From Zygnema circumcarinatum SAG 698-1b (Eukaryota > Plantae > Zygnematophyceae), in assembly GCA_037447605.1 (NCBI GenBank), contig CM074805.1:2017361-2081360 (forward strand): a stretch of DNA of 64,000 bases, given 5' to 3'. Below the pieces are notes generated by a model. The model did no database searches and had not been told where the DNA came from. It was given only the letters and a program-made list of their open reading frames with translations. Shown here piece by piece: positions 25,392 through 39,000 of the stretch. A program made the translations under genes and the position numbers. Position 1 is the stretch's first letter, and every line of letters begins with the position of its first letter.

Positions 25392-25529
25392 CTTTTAAAG
25401 TTGTAGATTTCAGAATTAGAACGTTCTAATGTCGAAACGTTTCAGAGTTTGAAAACACTTTTAGAACGTCTTGTACGACCGTTGAAATTGAACGAAACAT
25501 ACGGTCGTACCGTTGGAGAGTTGACGCTT

Positions 25530-25706
25530 TGTAGCACAAGATAAGTGGGGTTAAGAGAAGACTGCTGAGCTAGTTGCAGGTGCTGTACGGCCACTCGCGC
25601 GTCCGTGCTGAAACTAATGAAGGGTTGGGTTGGTTCTGTGGGTCTGCCTGCAGCATAGAGCCAGGATCCGGGAGATTCAGAGGTACGCGCAGCGGAAGAC
25701 GTAGGG
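25530..25706 (-). repeat. 3' end of a family-B LTR (probable 3' LTR of B2)
   Basis: Shares AAGATAAGTGGGG...AAACTAATGAAGGGTTGGGTTGG...GCATAGAGCC...GGATCCGGG with 8191-8350 and 42832-43010. Starts TGTAGC. Flank CGCTT resembles CGCTG after 43780. Confidence 0.7.
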
Positions 25707-25716
25707 NNNNNNNNNN

Positions 25717-26520
25717 GGGTGTGAAGAACATCACCAATGTGCAGTTTCTCCTGAACCTCTTCTTCATTGATGACTGAGCCGTCTCCGAGGACCATCCTCA
25801 CGGCTCCACCTCTCGTCACGGTGACTCCTTCACCGGTTGCTGAATGAACTGAGCGCGTCTGCTCCAAGACGTCGAGCTTGGAGAACATCAATGTGTCGCC
25901 GCACATGTGTGTGGATGCGCCGGAGTCAATTAGCCACGGCCGCTTCAGGTCTTCTGCCTGAATCCTTCCCACAAAATCGTGCTCAGTATTCTCAGCCAGC
26001 ATGAGGTTGCTCTCAACTGCTACCTTGCAGTCTGAACTCTTGTGACCTCTCTTCTTGCACTTGAAACAAGTGCCGCTGAACGCCTTCTTCTCCTTCTTGC
26101 CGGATGAAGTCGCGTTTCCTCCCTTCTCAGGACTGCCCTTGTTCTTGAAACAGTCGCTGGAGTAGTGGCCGGTCTTGCCACATGTGAAGCATGTCACATT
26201 CGAGCGTTCTCCTCGAGCAGATTTCGGGGCGCCTCCTCCTCTTCGATTCGGTCGAGTGTGCAACGCGAGCACCTTCTCTTCGTGGCCGCCGACATCCTGA
26301 ATCGAATCCTCCTCCTTTATCCTACGCTTAACTTGTTCAAGCGTCATAGAGGTATTAGTCAGAACTGTCCTCAAGGCTGCCACTGAAACTTCGAATCTCC
26401 CGGGCAAACCCCCTAGAAACTGGCTTATCTTATGGTCTGCATCTAACGGTTTCCCTAAGGCTATGAACCTCTCCATCAATGCATCAAATCTGACCATATA
26501 AGCTTCTAGTTTCTCCTCTG
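25717..26520 (-). mobile_element. Ty1/Copia gag-protease fragment between two gaps
   Basis: UBN2-type gag, two knuckles (CFTCGKTGHYSSDC, CFKCKKRGHKSSDC) and the Copia protease motif WLIDSGASTHMC. Confidence 0.93.
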
Positions 26521-29500
26521 NNNNNNNNNNGAAACACCTCCCATGTCCTTGGGCTGCATGTGCTGGTTCCTCAGCACATGGCAGTTCGCACCTTTCCCAA
26601 CGCCACTTGGCGGTTGGTGAAACAGTTGAGGAAAGGGCACACGTTGGTGCAAGAAATGGAAGGATCCACCAGCTTGCTGGGTGGCTCCCCCTACACATTG
26701 GTGTGGAGGACGACTCGTCCTCAACCTTCGCATATAGTGCGATCTATGTTCCACCTTGCCTATCGTGCCATGACCTTCATCGGGTCAGCCAATGGCCACC
26801 CAGCAGTTCTACAGCTAGATACTGGGGCAGATGCTAACTTTGTTAGTTCTCCGTTCACCCAGAGATTTGGGTTGACCACAGATCCCCATTCAGAAAGTGT
26901 TACTTTCGGGGATGGACGCAAGGGCCAGATCTCTGGTAGCGTCACACTCAAGATCAAGCTCCAAACCTACTCCGGGGCAGTCAAGTGTCTTCTAACACAA
27001 CTGGCCCCTGGTACTGATGTTATTTTAGGGAGTGCTTGGTTAACCATGGTCAACGCCCAATTGGACTTTTCCATCCCACACTGCATTCTTCGCAGTGGTG
27101 ATCGGCGCATCACACTGCACCCTGGTAAACCCCCCACCACTGCTACCACGCAGGATGTTACTCCTTATCTCTGCTCGGCCATGCAATTGGCCAAAGCCGT
27201 AAAGGAGGGTTGCACCTTGTTTATGGTGCATGTCATGGCAGCCACTGAGGATGTGCATGACGAAGACCAGGAATGGCAGATCACATCTACGGATGTTCTC
27301 CCGGCCGTTCCACCAAGGATCCAACCTCTGTTGGCTCAGTTCAGGATGTTTTTCCTGACTGCCTTCCAGTAGGGAACCTTGCCACCATCAGAGGCAGCGG
27401 GGCACACATTTCCTCTTGAGCCTGCAGTAAAGTGGCGCCTCTCAGTGAGTTTTGCTAAGTTGGAAGAATTGGGAAAGAGATGACGAGTACTGGCAACTCT
27501 ACGTGACAGGGCTGACATCATTCAAGCCCTTTTGGGCTTGTCCATCTGCTGTTGTGAAGAAAGATGGTCGCCCAGGATGTGCATTGTATTATCGCGCACT
27601 CAACAAGATCACCGTAAAGAACCGTTTTGCTTTACCACGTATAGATGATCTGTTGGATCGTCTTCACGGCGCCAAAGTGTTTACATCACTTGATTTGTTG
27701 AGGGGTATCATCAAATCCTGTCATGGGAGCTTGACGTGCCAAAAACAGTGTCTTCATTGATCGGTCATTTCCAATATAAGGTGTTGCCCTTTGATTGACT
27801 AATGCTCGCCACTTTCCAGGCTGACTATTGAAATGTTCATTGGATAAAAGATCGAGCCGGCGTTCCTGTTATTGATGATATCCTTGTCTTCAGTAAGACA
27901 GAGAAGGAACATCTTGAACACGTTCGGAAAGTGTTTGAGACCCTGAGGAAACACCAGTTTTATGCCAAAAGGAAGAAGTGTCACTTCATGCAACGTGAGT
28001 TGCTCTATCTTGGGCATATCCTGAATGATCAGGGTCTTCGGCCTGATCCTGCCAAAGTTTCAGCGGTAGAAACTTGGGCACCACCGACTGACTTGCATCA
28101 GTTGAGGTCCTTCTTGGGATTGCGAATTATTCTTGTAGTTCATCCAAGGGTTTAGAAGCGTGATCCTTGACTAATTTATATGTTCCGGTGTCCCTTTACA
28201 TGGACCCCTTGAATGCCAGGATGCATTCGAAGGTGTGCGTCATGCACTTGTTACCGCACCCACTCTCCGTTTAGCGGACCCGTCCAAGCCTTATGAAGTG
28301 GTTTGTGATGCTTCGGGATTTGCCTTGGGTGCCGTCTTGTTTCAAGATGGTCAACCCCTGGCGTATGAAAGTCGCAAAATGAATCCCACTGAGCCGAATG
28401 ATTCTGCAATAGACAGGGCTGCTGTACGGTCCACGCCTTGAGGACATGCGTGCCATTCAGAAGGGGCGAAGCGGTCATGCTGGCTACTGATCACCGCCCG
28501 TCTGCGCTCAATCAAGAGACCCGCTCAGGCCGCAGGCACGCTGGCGCCAGTTCCTCTGAAAGTTCTACTGCGAGTCGGGCTGGACGCCTGCAGGCTGAAT
28601 GTAGCAGACCCACCGAGTAGGCAGCCTCGGCACCGTGGATGGTGTCGCCGTCACCCCAGTGTTGGGCAGGGACGAGCATGAGACAGAGTGGGCGCCACTC
28701 CGAGACTTCTTGTTCTCCAGGATGTTTTGTCACAGATCCCTCCACCAGAGTTGACCAGTCCACCCTCCCGCCTCTCGGAACCCAGAGATGCCATCAAGAG
28801 GGGATATGGTGATCCTCTGCTTCCTGGATGGCCAAGGTAATGGCTATAGGGACAAAGTGGTGTTTAAGACGGATTCCCAGGCACGACGGCCAGGAGCCGG
28901 TCGTGCTCAGGCCGTACCGGGACGGGAACGCATTCCTGGTGAGCTACATGATCCTCTGCATCCGCGGTCACATGGGAGCTGCCAAAACCCGCGCGCAACT
29001 TGCCCTTGAGTTCTGGTGGCTGGACTCTCGAGGGATGTGAAAGTGCAGTGTCCTCCTTGTGACTCATCGTCACCAGACGCTGCATGCCGAACATCTGGCT
29101 AGCTGTGACCCTGCACATCTGCCTTTCTTGAGCGCATGTATGACTCGATCACAGACTTCCTGCGACATTTGGGGCATGGATCTCATCCTCGCCTTTGTTG
29201 GTCGGGTGCAGCAAGACGGTGGATCCGGATGACTACTAAGATTGTTGGGCTCGACGACATCTATGGGTTGTATGTCAGAAGCGGAGCCAGAACGTCTTCA
29301 GCCAGAATCGTGTCTGACCGCGATCCTACGATCATTGGCCATTCTGGATGGAAGGCTCAAATTGTTGGGGACCAAGAGGCGCCCAGTACAGTTTCCACCC
29401 GCAAACCGATGGCCAGACGGAACGGGTGAACATGATCTTGGAGGATTACCTCCGGCATTATGTGGAACCTACCCCGGATGGGTGGGACGAACTGCTTCCA

Positions 29501-30075
29501 GTAGCTGAGTATGCCATCAATAATGCTACCAGGCATCCATCGGTACCACCCCTTCTTCCTGACTTTTGCTGGACCTGAAATCCCTGCAACCAAGGGATCA
29601 GCCCTCTTGACCGCGATATGGGCGTCCACATAATCCCCACCTTGCAGCTGAGAGGGACTGAATGGCACCCAACCTCCCGCATCAGACCCTTTGTTTGCTG
29701 CATGTCTGAGGTGCTGAGCAGCACGCAGACCTGTGAGCCGTTTAAGTTGTGACAAAAGGCTGACGTTGAGCGCCGACTGCACCTCAATCCCTTTAATCAG
29801 GGCCATGAGGTGTCGCCAAGCACGCGGCCACTCCAGCGAAGCTTATGCGGAACACGTAAGCTGTGGGCCCCGCTTCATCGCACCTTTCAGGGATCGTGAA
29901 ACCAATCAATGATGTTGCTTACAGTTGGATTTACCATCCCATGAAGTGCATCCGGTCTTTCATGGTGGGCTGCTAAAGGTCTATTGACCTGATGGTAGGA
30001 TCCAGCTATCTCCCCATGCGATTGCAACTGAGGGTGAACCAAAGATGAAGTCGAAACCATTCAAGTCACCGCCTT

Positions 30076-30282
30076 GTGAGAAAGGGTCAATCTTCCCGTC
30101 ACGAATACCTCGTGAAGTGGTTGGGCTATGGGGTTGAACATAGCACATGGGAAGCCGAGGGCAACTTAACCAATTGCCAGGAGCTCATCAACTTGTACTG
30201 GGAGGCGCAGGCCGCAAGAGAGCGGGCGAGGCGGCACGGGGGGTTCCCGGGCCGTCCCCGCGCAACTCGGAAAGGGACTTGA
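30076..30282 (+). CDS. Integrase C-terminal chromodomain of A2 (duplicated at ~34910-35040)
   Basis: HEYLVKWLGYGVEHSTWEAEGNLTNCQELINLYW. Confidence 0.9.
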   Translation: MRKGQSSRHEYLVKWLGYGVEHSTWEAEGNLTNCQELINLYWEAQAARERARRHGGFPGRPRATRKGT

Positions 30283-30409
30283 CCGGGATTATCGCCGAGC
30301 CCTCCTGGTTATCACGTAGAGTTCGACGCGTGCCGTTGAAACTACGAGCTGCCTTTACTACCCCACACACGTGAACGAGGGCGTTCACATTCTCACAGGG
30401 GGGGAGTAA

Positions 30410-31192
30410 TGTAGCGAAACGCTACAGCCACCCCACGGAGGGCACTTAGGCGCGTCCGTCCTACACTTCACCCTGGGCGCCTGCCGGGGGTGAGGCGTCG
30501 GGACCACCTAGGGATGGGGGCACCCTGGATCCAACCTTGCGAAGGTGCAAGGCTTCGATGCGCGCGGATACTGAGACACACATGTATCGCGTCGCCGATG
30601 TGTCGAGGGATCACGGGAATCCCGACCACACTCTCCTCACGGCTTTGGAATGGGACGCGCCCGACATTACCGGCATTACCGCTGGTACGGCATCAGTGCG
30701 GAGCCGCACTTGCTGCGCGCTGCGCAGGACCCGACGTGCACTGATGCATGCTGGCGCGGCCGTGCCGTGCGTGCTGCGGACTGAATGGGCGAGCATCGCA
30801 CGTGCACACCTCTGACCCATCCGAGCCCAGAGAGCACCGCTGGCGGCGCCACGCACAGCCGCCGCTTTCAATCCTCCATGCCGCAGCAGGTTCAACGAAG
30901 CGCAAAAACGGTGTGACTGTGGTCACCCAACCAACGTACCGGCATACGGTTGCACGCCCATCCCGGGGCTGCTCCCCTCTCTGAAGCGCTCGCTCTCTCT
31001 CTCTGAATCCCTCCCGTTCTAAACTCTGTTTTGCTGAGTGCTGGTTGGGTGCAATTCCGCGCAGGCTGAAGAGGCAGTTTTCAGCCGTTACACCCCCTCT
31101 CAAATAGCCCAATAAACTCAAAAGCCCACTACCTCGCAGCACAAGCAAGTGTAATGTTCAGCAACACGAGCATCAGCTTCTCAGAGTCTACA
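30410..31192 (+). repeat. 3' LTR of A2 (783 bp); second copy at 35238-36026
   Basis: TGTAG...CTACA termini, preceded by a PPT, with AATAAA at ~31110. Confidence 0.88.
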
Positions 31193-33700
31193 ATAGTGAC
31201 GCGATAACCAGAAGCTCAAAGATTACAACCAAATAAAACAACACACTATATACGATGTCACAACATCCGCGACACTACCATGTTACGAAGCTCACAGCGG
31301 CTAGCGGCTCACAAGGGACCCATCCCATCCTGAATCCTGCCGCGTCGGATCTCGTCGGCTCATAACGACCCTGCAGCTCTTCGCCAGATCTGAACTCGCA
31401 GGCTTGCCATTGACGCTGGCGCTGGCAGCATCTGACCGTGTCAGACTCGATGATGCGCTAAATCTTGCTGTCGTTGCATGCTGACTCGACATCTGACCCG
31501 CCTCTGCACAATGACGATGCGTCGCTCAGTCTGATGCGTCGTGTCAGCTCTGACTGTCCAGCCAAAGTCGAGTCGTGCGCGCCACTTCGATCGCGCTGCA
31601 CTCTGCTGCTGACACCAGCTGCTGTGCCCCTCCTGCTGCCACTGCTGCTTCCACTCTGTCCTTTCTGCTGCCACTCACTTCTGGTCCTGTGCCTGCTCCT
31701 GCCCTCCCTGCTGAAATGTCTGGACCTGCCGTGCACTCATTAGGGCGCCACCGCGCCAATAAACACACAACACAAACACACAAAACTAATGTTCCAACAA
31801 AACATGCTAACTATCATACACTAACAACGCCAGCGCGTGTGTTTCCACTGCAGTTTGGCCTTCGAAACCATGGCCCAACCCTGGACCTCACGCACCCACA
31901 CAATGGGGGGGCCCCAACCACGGAAAGCCCGCCGAGCCGGGCTCTCTGCAAGATTCTGAGCCAGATGAGCTGATGTGCGTGACCCACTGGGCGGGAGAGA
32001 AGCGCGCCGCGCCTCTCAGGTGGAGCCGCTGACGCGCGTCTCCAGGTGGTGGGAGGCCACGGGACGTAGGGTCGGAGCCGGAGCGCGAGCTGAAGCTGGG
32101 TGACCCGATCCGGGAAGGCGCGCTCATCGTGGAAGAGGGGCTCAGCAGAGAGGAGGTCAAGGGGAATGCGGGGCTTACGGCCATAGAGGAGCTCGTAGGG
32201 AGAGAAGCCAGTGGAGGAGTGAACGGAGGTGTTGTACGTGAAGACCAAGGAGGGGATGACTCAAGGCCCACTTCCAGCTCGCATAGCCGCTGTAACGCGA
32301 CGCGATCCTTGACCGTCTCAGAGATGGAAGCAGCCCCCGCAGCCCATTCCGCCAGGGGAGAAGGGGCTAGAGGTGTGGTGAATGATGCGGAAGTCCTGCA
32401 TGAGCTTGGCAAATGCCCCCTTGTATTCGGTGCCATTGTCAGAGTGGACAGAGTAGGGGAGAGAGTGGCGGTGAATGATGGCCGTCAGGAGGCGGGCAGA
32501 GTGGACGGAATGCTTAGATTCTGTAGCGTGAACCTCTACCCACTTGGTGTATCTGTCCACGGCTAGGAAGACTCGAATGTAGCCAGAGGGGGTGCCGAGC
32601 TGGGGGATAGAAAAGGTGTCAATGTTCCACCTCGGCCATTCGTGGCGGGGGATCTCTACCCATTCTGTGGGTTGGCGTCGGGGAGGCAAGGTAGCGCGGC
32701 TGCTGGCAACGGGTGCGTGTTTCGGCGTAGCGCTCACCGCCGCGGAGGCCGGGCTAATAATAGCGCTCTTCCGGCAGTTAGGCGACCATCTTTCCTCAAG
32801 GCCGAGTGGAATCCGCCGGGCTGGGAATCGCGGGCTTACATCCGTAATTTGGCGCGCTCATTGGGGAGCGAAACACGGCGCCGAGGGGAGGTACAGTGAT
32901 TCGGCCCGCCAATAATAAATGTGTATAGTTCCAGAGCGGGCGGAGCAGCCGAGCTCCTCTCGTGTCCGCGGATAAAGGGGGGGTAACGCGGCGGCCGCGA
33001 CGAGCGCGAAGGGAGGAGTTCAATGGACGCCATTGGCGCTGAAATGGGGAGGAAGTGGAGCCGCCATCAAGCCATCCATGAGGGAAGTCTCACTCGGATC
33101 CGCATGGGGTGGGCCGTGGTGAAGTCAGGGTCTTGCCAGCGATGGAGGGTGGTGGCGTTGGCCGGAATATCGATCAGCCCATCTGCGAATAGGACATCAT
33201 GCAGGGCTTGAGCAGCAATAAAAATCTCAATGGGAAGATGCTCAGGGTTCAGGAGGGTGGGTGGAGGGATGGGTTCAGGAACGGCCGGATCGTGGCAGAG
33301 GAGGGGAGCCGAGGGATTGCGACTGAGGCCATCAGCATTGCCGTGACTACGGCCGGGACGGTGAGTGACCTTGAGTACATTATACTCCTCCAACTTCATC
33401 ACCCATCGTGCAAACTTAGGGCGTAGGGTAGCCATGATGTGCAGCCAAGTGAGGGGCATGTGGTCAGTCCGGATGATAACGGGCTGGTAGGCCGTGAAGA
33501 GCTTGAACTTCTCGAGTGCCCAGAGAATAGCCGCGGCCTCACCCTCAGTAGGGCATGTACTTGGTCTCGGTTTCCGAACAAACCCTGCTAGCATAACTGA
33601 CCGGGTGTTCCCCATCCGAATGCTTGGATCGCCATCAAATCCCTGCCCCGGACTCAGCCACCGCCACGACGGTCAAGTGGTGGGGTCAAATTGATGCGCA
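31193..33700 (-). mobile_element. Gypsy B 3' part (RNase H, integrase core, 3' UTR)
   Basis: AILWALEKFKLF...; IDTF...AVDRYTKWVEVH...HSDNGTEYKG; YNTSVHSSTGFSPYELLYGRKP. Confidence 0.9.
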
Positions 33701-33749
33701 TGTAAGGAGCCTCAAGGGAGGGGCAAATTCTTTTGTACCGGGCGCAATA

Positions 33750-36026
33750 CATGAAGCTGCCAAAACCCGCGGCGTAATCGCCCGAGTTCCGTGGCTCGAC
33801 TCTCGAGGGATGTGAAAGCCGCATGTACCGCTGTCCAACTTGTCAACTAAACAAACCCCCTCGCGACCGCGTGATCCGCGGGCCACCGCAACCCTCACAC
33901 CTCCTTTCGGAAATGTACGCTGTGGTATGGACTTGATCACGCATCTTCCCTCGTGACACCCTCGGGGCATGACTCATCCTCGTTTTGTCGCATCGGGTCA
34001 GCTAAAGATGGTGCATTTTGCACCAACTACTAAGACCGCCGGGCCGACGTAGATTGCACGGTTGTATGTTGACAAAGTGTGGAGCCAGCATGGTCTTCAG
34101 TCGAAGATTGTTTCCGACCGTGACCCACGATTTACAGGACACTTTTGGACTGAAGTGCTCAAGATCGTTGGGACCAAGCAGGCATTGAGTACAGCTTTCC
34201 ACCCGCAAACCGACGGCCAGACGGAACGGGGGAATCGGATCCTGGAGGATTATCTCCGGCATTATGTGGGACCCACACCGGATGGGTGGGATGAATCGCC
34301 TCCCGCTGGCCTAATACGCCATCAATACGCTACCGTGAGTCCACGGTACCACCCCCTTTTCCCCAACTTTGGTCAAGATCCCCTAAATCCCTCGGCAACC
34401 AAGGATTCCAGCCCCCGATCCGGTGAACATGGGCGGCCTCACGTAATCCTCGGACTTGAAGTTTTGCAGGGACCTGATGGGACTCAACCTCCCCGCAATG
34501 TATCTTTGTCCGGGTTAACGTCCAGGCGCTGCGTAGGCACACCCAAGCAGTATCTCGCCAGCGCCCGGGCCGCTACAAAGGCCTGGCGTCGCACCGCCAC
34601 CATGGCTCCAACTCTCCTTCAAACGGCTGGGCCATGAGGTAAGCGCGTACTAACTTGAGACCAAAGCTTTTTCTTATGGCGAACACGAAGTCGTGGGCCC
34701 CGCCTTACCCGACCTCAGGTCGTGAAGCCAATCAATGATGTCGCTACATAAAGTTGATTTACTCATCCCACGCGGAAGGTGCATCCGTCTTCATGTGGGC
34801 TTACAAAGGTCTACCGTGAAGCGATGAGGATCCAGCCCACCTCCCCCCACCGCTGGAGCTTGAGGGTGAACTTGAGTATGAAGTTGAAACCATTCAAGCC
34901 CACCGTCTTGTGAGAAAGGGTCAATCTTCCCGTCACGAATACCTCGTGAAGTGGTTGGGCTATGGGGTTGAACATAGCACATGGGAAGCCGCAGGCAACT
35001 TAACCAATCGCTGTGAGCTCATCAACTGCATCGGGAGGTGCGCCGCAGAGCCAAGCAGGGCGCACTCCGGGGTTCCCCGAGCCGCCCTCGCTAAATCCGG
35101 AAAGGACTCTGACCGATTATCACGAAGCCCTCCCCATTATCACGCAGGGAGTTCACGCCATAAGCCGCTGAAACTACGAAGCCGCCTTTACTACCTTCAC
35201 ACACGCACCAGGGCGTTCACATCCTCACGGGGAGTAATGTAGCCAAACGCCGCCAGCCACCACCCCGAGGGGTACTTAGCGCCCGGCCCTAGTACTCACC
35301 TCGCGCCAGCCTTTAGTGGGCTAAGGCGTGCTTGGGACCACCTAGGACCTGAAGGGTCTCCGATCAACTCCCGCGGCGTTGCGCGGGTTCGGCGCGGCGG
35401 TATACCGAGACATATATGTATCGGGCAAGGGCCGATGTGGTCGCAGGGATCACTAACTCACCTCACATCTTCCCCACGCTTTGGAACGTAAATCCGGCCG
35501 TCCGCATAATTACGGGTTACCGCTGGTAACGGATGATCGGCCGTCGGACCAAGGCCACCGCCGCCGTAGGATCCGCATCAGACCGACATCGACGGGCGGC
35601 GCCATTGCTGCCGGGCGCCATGAATGCGGGCGGTAGCATTCGTGAGCCGTGTTGTGACACCCTCAATCTATTCGAGTCGAGAACACGCATGTTCAACAAT
35701 CGACGCCAGTTTCCAATCCTCCATGCCGGGTAGGAGGTTCAATCGGGAGCGAAGGGCGAGGGTGACCGTATCACCCAACCAACGACGCATACGGCGGTTG
35801 CACGCTCATCCCGGCTGCCCTCCCTCCGGCCAGCCTCTCTCTCTCTCAATCCCTCCCCGCTCTAAACTCGCTTTAAGCCGAAATTGCTGCGCAATTCCGC
35901 CAGTCGAGAGGTACAGCCGCTACACCCTCTCAACAATAGCCGCCCAATAAACTCAAAAGCCCACTACCTCGCAGCACAAGCAAGTGTAATGTTCAGCAAC
36001 ACGAGCATCAGCTTCTCAGAGTCTAC
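33750..36026 (+). mobile_element. Duplicate of the A2 3' half (integrase, chromodomain, 3' LTR)
   Basis: IVSDRDPRFTGHFWTEVLKIVGTKQALSTAFHPQTDGQTERGNRILEDYLRHYV. Collinear with 28960-31192. Confidence 0.88.
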
Positions 36027-39000
36027 TCCTGGCTACGTTGATAACCCTCTGTGATTATCTCCCATACAAAAACAACTCCTTAAATACAATGTCGCACTAC
36101 AACATCATGAAGCTCCCAACATCGACATGCGGCCTGCAAGGGCCCTATCCCGACCCTGTAATCCTGGGCGTACTGCCGGATCCTCGGGCTCTAGCCACAC
36201 CTGATCCTCGTGACGCTTCTCCGTCGTATCCTACTCAAGTTTCTAAGTTATCTTACCGCCTTTGGCGCCGTAGATCTGACCCCGCCTTCCAAGCATTTCC
36301 CATGACGCTACAAACTCCTCGCCGCTGCCGCCGCACGCCACCGGAAGACCGACGCCGCTTCCTCGCATAAATTTACGAACAATCAAGGCCGACATTTTGA
36401 CGCCGAGACGCTGGCCAAGTCCACCGCTCAATTCAAAGGCTGGACGCCAAGGCCAAAGGCCATTCGCATTCGGCACAAGGCAGAGCTAAGGCCGCGCCAT
36501 ACCTCACTCAAGCCTCCGCTGCCGCTCGCCCCGCTTTCACGCCATCTCCGGATTCGCCGCTGGCCGCGCCATCACTGACCGCCAAGGCCGCCGCCTGGCC
36601 GTAATTCAAATGTCCCCAGTATCGGGCCATTTACTAATCCTATAGGGCGCCGCACGCCATGAAACACACAACACAAACACACAAAAACTACCGTTCCAAC
36701 AAACATGCTAACTATCACACTGGACAAACGCCAAATGGGCCGGGCGTTTTACTCAGAGTCCGGCCTTCCAAATGATGGCCCAACCTCGATCTCCACGGAT
36801 CGACACAAATGAAGTGGGCCCAACCACGAAAAAGCCCGCTGAGTCGGTTTGGCAAGATTCCCCAGCCGTATGAGCCGATGTGGCGCTACCTGATTGGCGC
36901 TGGAGAGCAGCGTTGGCCGAAGCCCCTGGGTCGGTGAGTCTGTCAGCCTGCAAGGCCGCTGCTCGCAGGTGGTGGGGAGGCCAGTGGAATCTAGGGTTTG
37001 GAAGCTTGAGGGCCAGGAGCCGGCTGGGCGACCCGGACCGGGAGGCACGCCATCGCGGGAAGAGGGGCTCACAGAGGAGGTCAAGGGGAATGCGGGGCTT
37101 ACTGGCCATGTAGGAGCTCGTAGTGGGAGAGAAGCTGCAGGAGGAACGGAGGTAAGCTGTACCGGAAGACCGGAGGGGCATGACCAAGGCCGGCCCGGCC
37201 TGTACCTCAAGCACCAAGCAAACGCGACGCGATCCTGACCGCCCCAGATGGAAGCAGCCCCGGCAAGCCCATTCTCGCTGTGGGGAGAAGGGGCTGAGGT
37301 GTGGTGAATGATGCGGAAGTCCTTGCATGAGCTTGGCAAATGCCCCCTTGTATTCGGTGCCATTGTCAGAGTGGACAGAGTAGGGTAGAGAGTGGCGGTG
37401 AATGATGGCCGTCAGGAGGCGGGCAGAGTGGACGGAATGCTTAGATTCTGTAGCGTGAACCTCTACCCACTTGGTGTATCTGCCCACCGCTAGGGAAGAC
37501 CTCGAATGTAGCCGGTGCCGAAATGGGGATAGAAAAAGGTGTCAATGTTCCACCTTCTACGCACGCCGTATGGGGATTCCCTGCCCCATCTCCGTGGGTT
37601 GGCGGTCGGGGGAGCAAGGTAGCCGCTTGCCGCTGGCAACGGGTGCGTGTTTCGATGTAGCCGCTCACCGCCGTATGCCGGGCCAATAATGGGCCAAGTT
37701 CCCCGCAAATAGTGGCAACTTACCATCTTCTTCTCGCCGGTGGAATCCTCAGCCGGGCTGGGAATCGTGGGCGACATCCAGAATCTCCATGCGTTCATTG
37801 GGGAAAGGAACAGGAAGGCCAGAGGGGAGGTACAGTATCTGTCCGTCATCATCAACAGAGAAGTTCCGAGAGCGCGGAGCAGCCGCAGCCCCTCTCTCGT
37901 GTCCGGGATAAAGGGGGGTAACGTATGGCGTCATGACGTAGCGCCAGTAAGGGAGTGAGTCCAATGGACGCCATTGGCGCCGGGAAATGTGGGGAGGAAG
38001 TAAGGAGCCGCCGCCATCGCCATCCATGAGGGTTCCCACGGATCCGCATGGGGGTGGCCGTGGGTGAAGTCAGGGTCCTGCCAGCGATGGAGGGTGGTGG
38101 CCGTGGCCGGAATATCGATCAGCCCATCTGCGAATATGACATCATGCAGGTCTTGATCGGCAATAAAAATCTCAATGGGAAGATGCTCGTGGTTCGAGGG
38201 TGGGTGAGTGGGATGGGTTCAGAACGGCCGGATCGCGCAGGAGGGAGCCGGTGATCGCGACCCAGGCCATCAAGATTGCCGCCGCGACTACTGACCGAGT
38301 GACCTTAAGTACATTACTCCTCCAACTTCACGCCCATCAAAACTTAGGGGCTTAGGTAGCCGCGCGCGATGTACCGTGAGGGGTACGTGGTCACCGATGA
38401 TAACCCGCGCGCTGGTAGGCCGTGGAAGAGCTTGAACTTCTCGAAAGCTCGTGAGGAGCAGCCGCCTCCCTCAAGAGGGGTCAGTACTTGGTCTCGCTTT
38501 CTCGAACAAACCCTCAAGCAAGATAATCGACCGGGTGTTCCCCATCCGGAAGTCGCTTGATCGGGCCATCGCCCCCAAATCCCGCTTCCCCGACTCCGCC
38601 GTACGGCCAATGACGGTTAAGGTGGTGGGCCAAATTGATGCGCATAAGTGAGCCCGCGTAGTGGCACCTTGAGCGCGCTGGAAGGCCAAACTCGCCACGG
38701 GCCCATTCGTATTGGACCTCGCGTTTCCAAGGCATGTAGGGGATGCTTTATGCGGCATAAAATTTTGATGAACCCGTACATAAGGAGGTGAGCCCTCCCC
38801 AAGAAGGACTTGAGCTGAGTGAGGGTCTGTGGAATCGGCATAAGGGCAATCGCTTCAATCTTGTCGAGTGATGGTTTCAGGCCATTGATGCCGAGGCGGT
38901 GCCAGAGATGAGTGATCTCCTGGTGGCCCAATTTGCACTTATTGGGTGCTATCTTCAGACTCGCACTGTTGAGCTGTTGCAGGACTTGGTCAATGTGTTG

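Larger units (their letters stand above)
26531..31192 (+). mobile_element. Gypsy family A chromovirus (copy A2): protease, RT, RNase H, integrase, chromodomain, PPT and 3' LTR; many frameshifts
   Basis: [11 protein letters not shown]; [25 protein letters not shown]; LRLADPSKPYEVVCDASGFALGAVLFQ; FHPQTDGQTERVN..LEDYLRHYV; chromodomain downstream. Confidence 0.93.

Noticed and set aside
31300-31973. Antisense ORF in the B 3' UTR
   Set aside because: Not conserved in the duplicate at 36130-36650; low-complexity.
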